The translations under genes and the position numbers were made by a program. This document shows positions 27,784 to 34,714 of a DNA stretch of 64,000 nucleotides, piece after piece (the stretch's first letter is position 1; every line of letters begins with the position of its first letter). The stretch comes from Candidatus Altiarchaeota archaeon (lineage in GTDB: Archaea > Altiarchaeota > Altiarchaeia > IMC4 > SCGC-AAA252-I15). Where the stretch lies: the NCBI GenBank assembly GCA_043804895.1, contig JAZDIN010000004.1, forward strand, positions 8,887 through 72,886, written 5' to 3'. A model generated the notes under the pieces. That model made no database searches. It worked only from the letters and a program-made list of their open reading frames with translations, and was not told the origin of the DNA.

Positions 27784-28251
27784 TCACACCAAACCCTTCG
27801 AGAACTGCACGGCCTTTTCCTTGTATCCCCCGCTTGAGAAGTCGGGGGCCTTAAGCTCAAGGGAGGATACCGGCTTGCAGCCGGACGCCTCCTCCATCGC
27901 CTTCAAAGTCCCAGCCCCGCCTGAGCCGCCTTCGGTGCAGTAGAACGCGGTCTTTTTGAACTTCCCCTTGTTTTGGGTGAGGTACGTTCTCACCGGAGTC
28001 GAGACGGTGAACGCCCACAATGGCGTTCCGATTATGACTAGGTCGTATTGGGATGGGTCTTTGACTGTTTCCTTTATCTTCGTCAGCTTCCCTCTCATCG
28101 CATCCCTGCCAGCGATCATGTAGCCTAATACGCCTGAGCGGTCTTTGGTGTCGAATATCTCCTCCACGTCGCATCCGAGCGTCTTGGCAATCTCTTCCCC
28201 GACTTTCTTCGTCAATCCTGTCCGTGAATAATATACTACGAGGGCTTTCAT
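27784..28251 (-). CDS. Flavodoxin-family protein
   Basis: 155 aa. MKALVVYYSRTGLTKK is a typical flavodoxin-like FMN-binding N-terminus. It overlaps the upstream ADH by 4 nt. Confidence 0.7.
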   Translation of the reverse strand: MKALVVYYSRTGLTKKVGEEIAKTLGCDVEEIFDTKDRSGVLGYMIAGRDAMRGKLTKIKETVKDPSQYDLVIIGTPLWAFTVSTPVRTYLTQNKGKFKKTAFYCTEGGSGGAGTLKAMEEASGCKPVSSLELKAPDFSSGGYKEKAVQFSKGLV

Positions 28252-29246
28252 AGTTTTATTACCACCTTCATTGACTTGTCAGCCTCCGCGACTAGCCTGA
28301 ACCCGATGCCTATCTCATCCAGGGTGAGCCTGTGGGTTATCATGCCGTGGACGTTCACTTTCTTCTTCGCAATCAGTTTCAGGGACTCCTCAAGGTCACC
28401 AGGGCCTGCCCCGTATGATGTCATCAGAGTTATCTCATTCCGCCAGAATTCGTTGATGGGAACTGGGAGGCTGTACCCGGGCGCCGGGACTGCAAAGTAC
28501 ATTATCTTCCCGCCTCGGTCCACTGACTTGAGGGCCTGCACCGCAGCTGACTGCGCCCCGGTGCAGACTATGACCTTGTCTGAGGGGTGCTCTTCCGGCT
28601 TGAATCCTCTGGCATCCAACGCCTCGTCTGCTCCGAATTTTTCAGCCATTTTCAACCGGTATCCGCTCACGTCGGTTGCGACTATCCTTTTAGCTCCTTG
28701 GAGTCTGCCGAGCATTATGTGCATCAACCCTGAGATTCCGCTCCCAAGCACCAGTACTCTGTCTCCTTTGCCGACCCCCATCAGCCTCTGCCCCCGGAGA
28801 ACGCATGCGAGGGGTTCTATTAATGTGCCGTCCTCGTATGACATCCCCTTCGGCAGGGGGTAGACTCCGTTTTCCACGTTGATCTTAGGAACACGGATAT
28901 ACTCTGAGAATCCTCCTGGGTCGAAGTTCGTCTTGCGCAGGGTCTCGCAGGATGTGTGGTGTCCTCTCCGGCAGTAATCGCATTTGTTGCATGGGACATG
29001 ATGTGACACGAACACGCGGTCCCCTTTACGATATTTCCTTACCCCCCTGCCTACTTCAACTATCTCGCCAGTGACCTCATGGCCGAGTATCCTCGGCGCA
29101 GTCTTAATCCGATACCATTCCATGACATCTGAGCCGCAGATGCCGGACGCCATAGTCTTCAGCAGTAACTCGCCGTCTCCAACCACGGGCTTAGGCCTCT
29201 CCTCGACCCTCACGTCGCTGTTCTTGTAGTAGACTCCGACACGCAT
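28248..29246 (-). CDS. Zn-dependent alcohol / threonine / sorbitol dehydrogenase family (MDR superfamily)
   Basis: GICGSDV and GHEVTGEIVEVG (catalytic Zn), C..C..C structural Zn (CNKCDYCRRGHHTSC), and VLGSGISG (NAD binding). Confidence 0.8.
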   Translation of the reverse strand: MRVGVYYKNSDVRVEERPKPVVGDGELLLKTMASGICGSDVMEWYRIKTAPRILGHEVTGEIVEVGRGVRKYRKGDRVFVSHHVPCNKCDYCRRGHHTSCETLRKTNFDPGGFSEYIRVPKINVENGVYPLPKGMSYEDGTLIEPLACVLRGQRLMGVGKGDRVLVLGSGISGLMHIMLGRLQGAKRIVATDVSGYRLKMAEKFGADEALDARGFKPEEHPSDKVIVCTGAQSAAVQALKSVDRGGKIMYFAVPAPGYSLPVPINEFWRNEITLMTSYGAGPGDLEESLKLIAKKKVNVHGMITHRLTLDEIGIGFRLVAEADKSMKVVIKL

Positions 29247-29249
29247 AGG

Positions 29250-30026
29250 CTACCCTTTCTTGAAGACTTCCAACGCTTCCTTAGGCTTAGCCTTCTCGTG
29301 GACGACAGCACGCACAGCCTTTATCATCGCGACTGGATTTTCGGACTGGAAGATGTTGCGGCCCATGTCCACGCCAACCGCGCCTGCGTGCATCGCGTCG
29401 TAGGCCATCTTCAGCGCCTCCTCCTCTGGGACCTTCTTCCCTCCTGCAATGACTATTGGGACAGGGCATGTGTCGACGACCCGCTCGAACCCCTCCACAT
29501 AGTATGTCTTCACTATGCTGGCTCCAAGTTCAGCAGCCATCCTCGAGGCGAGGGCCATGTATTTCGCGTCGCGGACCATCTCCTTCCCGACCGCTGTCAC
29601 GGCGATGACGGGGATGCCATATCTCATAGCATCGTCGACGACTTTTGTGAATCCGAGTAGGGTATCGCGTTCGAAGTCAGCCCCCACCAGTATGGAGAAG
29701 GCGACTCCGGCCACGTTCAACCTAATCGCATCCTCCATGGATGCGACAACACCCTCGTGGAGTAGCTCCTTCCCGATTATGCTCGTCCCGCCTGAGACTC
29801 GAAGGACGATTGGCACATCCACATTCGGGTCGACGTAGTTCCTCAACGCACCGCGAGTTAACATCAACGTGTCAGCGTACGGGAGGAGCGGGTCAACCAT
29901 CGCCTTAAAATCATCCAACCCAGTCGTAGGCCCCATGAAGTAGCCGTGATCTACTGCCAGCATCACCGTGCGCCCGGTCTTCGGCTTAATTATCCTTGAC
30001 AAACGATTCCTCAAACCCCAGTCCAT
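29250..30026 (-). CDS. Class I aldolase of the DhnA/FbaB/ADH-synthase (AroA') family
   Basis: 258 aa with MLAVDHGYFMGP, GVAFSILVG, a Schiff-base region IVKTYY, and GVDMGRNIFQ. Confidence 0.8.
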   Translation of the reverse strand: MDWGLRNRLSRIIKPKTGRTVMLAVDHGYFMGPTTGLDDFKAMVDPLLPYADTLMLTRGALRNYVDPNVDVPIVLRVSGGTSIIGKELLHEGVVASMEDAIRLNVAGVAFSILVGADFERDTLLGFTKVVDDAMRYGIPVIAVTAVGKEMVRDAKYMALASRMAAELGASIVKTYYVEGFERVVDTCPVPIVIAGGKKVPEEEALKMAYDAMHAGAVGVDMGRNIFQSENPVAMIKAVRAVVHEKAKPKEALEVFKKG

Positions 30027-30027
30027 A

Positions 30028-30231
30028 TCAACCCTCCTTCCTCACTATAACGTATCCCCTCCCATCCAGCCAGTGGTGGAACTGCCAGGCCATGCACTTC
30101 CTGCACTCGGCCCTCGTCCTCTCATACTCGACCGAACCCTCCTTATGATGGTTCATCTTAAGCTGCACAGGACATTTAATGTCCCTACAGTACTCCCTCT
30201 TCTGATAGTCAACGTAACCTGAGATAGGCAT
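30028..30231 (-). CDS. Small Cys-rich (putative Zn-binding) protein, 67 aa. The track ORF extends to 30327 through a repeat.
   Basis: MPISGYVDYQKREYCRDIKCPVQLK...AECRKCMAWQF. The upstream 32 codons of the track ORF (MDFMLSNISEGTRLTIPPKRSKELCPQLYLSK) are encoded by repeat module M3, which recurs at 45365-45426. I therefore take the start as the ATG at 30231. Confidence 0.5.
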   Translation of the reverse strand: MPISGYVDYQKREYCRDIKCPVQLKMNHHKEGSVEYERTRAECRKCMAWQFHHWLDGRGYVIVRKEG

Positions 30232-30242
30232 TTTCGAGAGAT

Positions 30243-30304
30243 ATAGCTGAGGGCATAACTCTTTAGACCTCTTAGGGGGTATAGTGAGCCTTGTGCCCTC
30301 AGAT
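30243..30304 (-). repeat. Hairpin module M3 (62 nt), copy B
   Basis: Its reverse complement aligns with 45365-45426: atctgagggcacaaggc...ttatgccctcagctat. The terminal arms ctgagggca and tgccctcag pair. Confidence 0.75.
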
Positions 30305-30351
30305 ATATTCGAGAGCATAAAATCCAAGTCAAGAAGGTTATGCTCTCGACT
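30305..30351 (-). repeat. Hairpin module M1 (47 nt), copy B
   Basis: The reverse complement, agtcgagagcataaccttcttgacttggattttatgctctcgaatat, has a perfect 12-bp stem (tcgagagcataa / ttatgctctcga). It aligns with 45264-45310. Confidence 0.75.
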
Positions 30352-30397
30352 ATAATATAGTAAGGACGGTTACGTTAAAAATAGGCGACCACAGCCT

Positions 30398-30452
30398 GTG
30401 ACTGAGAGCCGCTGCTCTCAGACACATTCAGCAACCATTGGCTGCTGAATAT
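30398..30452 (+). repeat. Hairpin module M2 (55 nt), copy B
   Basis: gtgactgagagccgctgctctcagacacattcagcaaccattggctgctgaatat forms two hairpins joined by the conserved acacattc. It aligns with 45311-45364, with compensatory changes in both stems. Confidence 0.75.
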
Positions 30453-30554
30453 CAACGACTGCCGGCTAAAGCCGGCAGTTTGATACGCCGGAAACTACCT
30501 AGTCGAGAGGACTCCCTGAGGGTGTCCCCTGAAGGGGACAGTTTCCGAGCGTAT
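30453..30554 (+). repeat. 102-nt structured element, copy Y (intergenic, directly abutting M2)
   Basis: caacgactgccggctaaagccggcagtttgatacgccggaaact...gtcccctgaaggggacagtttccgagcgtat. The first 45 nt or so and the last 25 nt or so are near-identical to copy Z. It is preceded by TAT and ends in TAT. Confidence 0.8.
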
Positions 30555-30766
30555 AAAGGCTGCGGTATTCTCGGATTCAGCAAGTATGCACTCACGCAAC
30601 ATACTGCCGAATCCTCGAACGGGACGACCCCCATATTTTCCTCAGTCTAGGTGGTCTTAGCTTCGTTCTATTAAAGATAGCGTAAGATTGTTAGGAGATT
30701 CCAGGATATACCTATTGATGGTTTTGATTTACCCTACCAACAGAAAAGGACAGCGATCAACAGAAA

Positions 30767-31339
30767 CTATGTTCTCATTAGAAATAGGAGTAGGAGTATT
30801 GGTGAAAAAATTATTATGACAAGACAAATATCCCCCAGAACATATGCAAGGAACGATCGCCAAAAGCTTATTTGATGCAATTTACTTAGCCCAATGATTT
30901 GAAGCACTCCCATATATGCGTAGGATATGTGACTCACATAGGGTATGCTCATCAACAAAAGGTGGGGGGTCGCACCATAACTGAATGCTTTATAAGTCTC
31001 CGAAAAGTTACCACTCCCACCTAGAATTCTTGTAAAAACGTGTATCAACCCCGATGTGAAGAACGTGGCGATAAAAAATACAATATATAAAAAAGAGGTG
31101 TTAATTAACACGATTATAGTGACGTGACCACTACTGCTGAAATTTTGGACAATCACAGTTACTACAAAGTCGATCAACATAGCGATCGGCAATAAAACAA
31201 ACAAATAGCTGACGGCTTTTTTTATACCCTCCTCTGAATGAATCTCAGTCCAACAAGTGTTTGGTTCAAACAATATTGATTTAACTCTTGGAATAAAAGC
31301 CATAACAGTAGAGTGCTTTGCTTTGCCTTTAGTTTTCAC
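30767..31339 (-). CDS. Yip1-domain-like polytopic membrane protein
   Basis: 190 aa, or 178 aa from MAFIPRV at 31303. A short N-terminal segment is followed by 5 TM helices, and the pattern resembles the Yip1/DUF1282 family. AT-rich. Confidence 0.5.
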   Translation of the reverse strand: MKTKGKAKHSTVMAFIPRVKSILFEPNTCWTEIHSEEGIKKAVSYLFVLLPIAMLIDFVVTVIVQNFSSSGHVTIIVLINTSFLYIVFFIATFFTSGLIHVFTRILGGSGNFSETYKAFSYGATPHLLLMSIPYVSHISYAYMGVLQIIGLSKLHQISFWRSFLAYVLGDICLVIIIFSPILLLLFLMRT

Positions 31340-31546
31340 GATAAATACTTGTGTTCTTATATTTTAGTACCTGTGTGTTTATGAGGTGTTTCTAAATGAG
31401 TTTTCAGCACGATCTCCTGAAACTCCGCTATTCTCCCTTTGCTAGAATAGTCCGGCTACTTCTTACCGCCTTTTTCCCATCCTCCGTCACTCACTTTTTA
31501 TCCTCTTAGGATAGAGGTTAAAAACGATTATTTCATTTTCTTGAGG

Positions 31547-31594
31547 TTCCCCCACCTAAATCGAACAGAGTGTTCTAGTCCCGGTCGGGGCGAA
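31547..31594 (+). repeat. R-family repeat, copy R3 (3' part only)
   Basis: ttcccccacctaaatcgaacagagtgttctagtcccggtcggggcgaa aligns with the 3' half of R4. Confidence 0.7.
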
Positions 31595-31714
31595 GTTATC
31601 CAATTCCCTAATATATGTCGGTTATGACGTCCTTAGCTTGTACTGTCTGAGCCTCCTGAGAGATTTGAACACTTTGTACGAGGTAATGTTTTTACCCCTA
31701 CAAAATGCCTAATT

Positions 31715-31757
31715 TGTAGTCATATTTTTGTAGTCATATTTAAACTTGTAGTCATAT
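31715..31757 (+). promoter_or_regulatory. Three direct copies of tgtagtcatat immediately upstream of the Fic ORF
   Basis: Copies lie at 31715-31725, 31729-31739 and 31747-31757. The 9-mer gtagtcata is the 3' arm of the R-family hairpin, and its complement tatgactac overlaps the Fic stop at 32705-32713. Confidence 0.6.
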
Positions 31758-31758
31758 A

Positions 31759-32709
31759 GTGTTATTGATGCACATTGAGGTTCAGGAGCGCGGCGGGAAG
31801 AAGTTCATTTATGTGGCTCATTCCTTCCGTCATGGGGGTAAAGTTAGGAAGTTGAGGAAATATCTAGGAGTCAACCTTAGTGGAAAGGAGATATCTTCTT
31901 TGAGGCCTGCTGCTGAGAAGGCGCTGATGTGGCGGGCTGAGGCGAGTAAGAGCATCCGCGACCCCCTGAAGACTGTTTTGTCTCCTCAGGAGATGGCGTC
32001 TATCAAGTCCTTGATTGGAAAGCACGACATTAAGATAAGCCATCTGTCTGAAAAACAGTGGGTTAGATTCACCGAACTCTTCGCATATGATACTAACGCC
32101 ATAGAAGGGTCAACAGTGGATTTGGCCGAAGTCAAAGGCATATTGGAGAGAGATAAGTGGCCTGACAAGGCGAAGGATGAGATTGCTGAGACATATGGGG
32201 TGTCTGACGCAGTCAAGTTGATTAGGAGGACTAAAGAACACCTGTCAATCGAGTTGATAATGGAACTACACAAAATTGTTTTCAAGAACTCTAAAGGGTT
32301 CGCGGGTAGGCTGCGCCCACCTGGAGTAGAAGTAGTGGTCACAAACCGTTTTGGAGAGATCATCCATAGAGGCGCACCCCAAAAACATGTCTTGAAACTT
32401 CTAAAGGAACTCGTGGAATGGTACGCAGAAAACAAGAAACGATACCACCCTATTGTCCTTGCAGCTGTCGTCCACAACCACTTCGAAAACATCCACCCAT
32501 TTGAGGATGGAAACGGGAGGGTTGGAAGACTCCTATTGAACAACATACTACTTAAGCACGACCTCCCCCCAGTTAACATTGAATTAAAAAACAGAAAAGG
32601 GTACTACGCTTCTTTACAAGCGTACGAAAAGGCGGGTAATCTCAGACCAAGTATAGAGTTGGTATTAACGTCCTATGACAGACTCAAGAAAACCCTGAGG
32701 AGTATATGA
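31759..32709 (+). CDS. Fic-domain protein (AMPylase / Fido family)
   Basis: Carries the canonical Fic motif HPFEDGNGRVGRLL. The ATG at 31768 (MHIEVQERGG) is the more likely start; the track starts at the GTG at 31759. Confidence 0.85.
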   Translation: MLLMHIEVQERGGKKFIYVAHSFRHGGKVRKLRKYLGVNLSGKEISSLRPAAEKALMWRAEASKSIRDPLKTVLSPQEMASIKSLIGKHDIKISHLSEKQWVRFTELFAYDTNAIEGSTVDLAEVKGILERDKWPDKAKDEIAETYGVSDAVKLIRRTKEHLSIELIMELHKIVFKNSKGFAGRLRPPGVEVVVTNRFGEIIHRGAPQKHVLKLLKELVEWYAENKKRYHPIVLAAVVHNHFENIHPFEDGNGRVGRLLLNNILLKHDLPPVNIELKNRKGYYASLQAYEKAGNLRPSIELVLTSYDRLKKTLRSI

Positions 32710-32789
32710 CTACATGCCCCAGAGGCGTAGTCATACAGAGTTTCCCCCACCTAAACCGAACAAACTGTTCGAGTCCCGATCGGGGCGAC
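32708..32789 (+). repeat. R-family repeat, copy R4 (best-preserved copy)
   Basis: tatgactac (32705-32713) and gtagtcata (32727-32735) form the hairpin. Then come tttcccccacctaaa, the hairpin cgaaca-aac-tgttcg, and gagtcccgatcggggcgac followed by a T6 run. Confidence 0.8.
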
Positions 32790-32930
32790 TTTTTTCAAGG
32801 GGGTACTAGTTCTGTTATAATTTATTTTTAGCTTATTTGGTTAGGGTTCATTTGTTAATGTGAGGGGGTTTGAACCTTAAAGTTGTAGTCTTGATGTAAT
32901 TACCGCTTGCCAGCAGTGCAAACACGCCTG

Positions 32931-34520
32931 TTAGGAGTGGATGATGTTGGCTGCCAAAACCCCGAAGCCCACCATTGTGCAGATTATTATTGTTAAGACG
33001 GTTAAAGTCACCAGCGCAATTCCCAGTATTATGATTTTTACCTTGTTTATTCTTTTTTTAGGGGGTAAAAGGTAGTAGGTACCGATGACAGTTGTCAGAA
33101 ATATCGATACACCGAAGACGATCGTCGCAACCACAAAAACCAATCCCCCGAATATCATGGTGTTAGTGTTTGGACCGTTGGGGACCTCAACGATCGCAAA
33201 TGTGCTCAAATGAGGAGCAAGCGCAGCATAACGGCATATGTTGCTGTCACAACTAATCTTCCAACTAGGAAGTTTTTCCCAGGATTTTTTATCCTCATTA
33301 TATATTGCAACAGCAACCCCTTTTGCATTAGCAGCGTCTGAGGCTTGCTTACCTAAAAGAAGTTTAGTAAATGAATCCCAGCTATAACCTTGAGGCTTAT
33401 ATTTGGCAGCATCAGATTTTGTTTCTAAGTATTTAAATAAATCTTGCTGGGATTTAAGCTGCTCTGCAGTAACCTTAGACTCAGATTCAGAGTAGGCATA
33501 ACTATGTCTTGTCGTTGAGAATTCTATAAGTGCCTGCGAATAATCTTCATAAGGCTGATCATTATTCTTAGTGTTCACAACAAGCATCTTATCAACCTGC
33601 TCGCCATTTTTACTAGGATAATCAGGAGCTCTGTTTGCGCCCCTATAATTCTGCCAATCTTTTCCATAAATAACAGAAACATCCATGGTAGCATCATCAG
33701 TAGGTTGTTTTAAAGTAGTGGTAATCCGGGTGACTGTTGCACCCTCAGGCAATGTGGCGCTTACATCGTCCCCTGATTTTCTATTTTTTATATTATATTC
33801 TACATTAATCTTTGGCAAAGATTCTCCAATACCTTGCTGTTTTAAAGTGTCTGCTGAAACTGAATTTCCATCTTCATCTGAAATCTTTCCAGCAGGCAAT
33901 TGAACTGCTTGCCCCACCCAGTCATCTATTGCAGAGCCAATAATTTGCTGAGCCTGAGCTATTTGTTGTTCCTGTTCTTCCTGAGATGCAATTCTCTTTA
34001 TGCACCGGCTATTTTCCCAGGAGCAGATATAGAATGTGGCGCAACTGTTGAGGCATTTCTGCTTTGCATCATCTTGTTGCTGCGATTGCGTCGTGGTGGT
34101 TCTGGGTTGGGTTGTTGTGGTCTTAAACAAGGTAGTGCTAGGCGGTTGCGGCTGTGTTGAGGTGGTGGTCCTGATCCTTTTTATGCACTGGTGATTCTCC
34201 CAGGAACAGACATAGAATGATGCGCAGCTGTTGATGCATTTAGTCCGATCATAATTTTCATCATAGGTGCAGCCCCCGGTTATGCTGTACCTGGCCCCAT
34301 ATTCTGCCGCACCAGCCCGACACTGCGCAACACCGTTAGCAACCAATTGTTGACATGAAGCTTGGTCAGGGAAATATTTCGGCCCCCAGCATTCCTTGTA
34401 ACCCTGTATAAAACAACAGCCTTCGAATTTCCACGGCCCCTCTCCAGAAACGGCAGAAAAACCTCCACTCATTAAAAGTCCAAACACAACTATGATGGAA
34501 AAAAGTTTTTTCTGTTTCAT
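32931..34520 (-). CDS. Secreted / membrane-anchored Cys-rich surface protein
   Basis: Signal peptide MKQKKLFSIIVVFGLLMSGGFSAVSG. The module C.NSCA.FY.CSWEN..CIKRI is duplicated, separated by T/Q-rich linkers (TTTSTQPQPPSTT, TTTTQPRTTTTQ). There are two C-terminal TM helices. Confidence 0.7.
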   Translation of the reverse strand: MKQKKLFSIIVVFGLLMSGGFSAVSGEGPWKFEGCCFIQGYKECWGPKYFPDQASCQQLVANGVAQCRAGAAEYGARYSITGGCTYDENYDRTKCINSCASFYVCSWENHQCIKRIRTTTSTQPQPPSTTLFKTTTTQPRTTTTQSQQQDDAKQKCLNSCATFYICSWENSRCIKRIASQEEQEQQIAQAQQIIGSAIDDWVGQAVQLPAGKISDEDGNSVSADTLKQQGIGESLPKINVEYNIKNRKSGDDVSATLPEGATVTRITTTLKQPTDDATMDVSVIYGKDWQNYRGANRAPDYPSKNGEQVDKMLVVNTKNNDQPYEDYSQALIEFSTTRHSYAYSESESKVTAEQLKSQQDLFKYLETKSDAAKYKPQGYSWDSFTKLLLGKQASDAANAKGVAVAIYNEDKKSWEKLPSWKISCDSNICRYAALAPHLSTFAIVEVPNGPNTNTMIFGGLVFVVATIVFGVSIFLTTVIGTYYLLPPKKRINKVKIIILGIALVTLTVLTIIICTMVGFGVLAANIIHS

Positions 34521-34609
34521 ATCTGCTTTCTAGCCACAATTACCTATTAAACTACACTATTAAAAACAATCTTAATCTCATGAAACTGTGAAACCACATT
34601 ATGACATAT

Positions 34610-34714
34610 GACTACAAAAACCTAAGAGGTAGTCATACAAACTCAAATGTCACCAGTTTGCGTCTATCGTTTTCTTTGGGGATTCGAACAAACAATTCGA
34701 GTCCCAATCGGGGC
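34610..34714 (+). repeat. R-family repeat, copy R5 (hairpin and 3' core conserved, middle diverged or expanded)
   Basis: tatgactac (34607-34615) and gtagtcata (34629-34637), then cgaacaaacaattcgagtcccaatcggggc ending 1 nt before the stop of the class II aldolase gene. Confidence 0.7.

Noticed and set aside
30438-30650. A 70-aa ORF sharing YQRLPAKAGSLIRRKLPS with the MNT C-terminus. ORF 45201..45428 likewise shares ISEGTRL.IPP..SKELCPQL with ORF 30028..30327.
   Set aside because: The shared peptides come from reading through the DNA repeats (the 102-nt element and module M3) in an open frame. These are not conserved protein domains.
31715-31757. A CRISPR array, considered here and for the other repeat clusters.
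   Set aside because: The repeats are 9-11 nt with irregular 3-7-nt gaps, or are heterogeneous hairpin modules. There is no regular 25-40-nt repeat/spacer periodicity and there are no cas genes.
32762-32789. Reading the R-repeat 3' core (ttcgagtcccgatcggggcga) as a tRNA gene or a tRNA 3' fragment, and R4 as a 71-nt tRNA.
   Set aside because: The T-loop-like heptamer has no complementary 5' T-stem (aactg versus the required tcggg). No D or anticodon arms can be drawn, and only a 6/7 acceptor pairing exists. It could still be an att remnant of a tRNA located elsewhere, which cannot be tested from this window.
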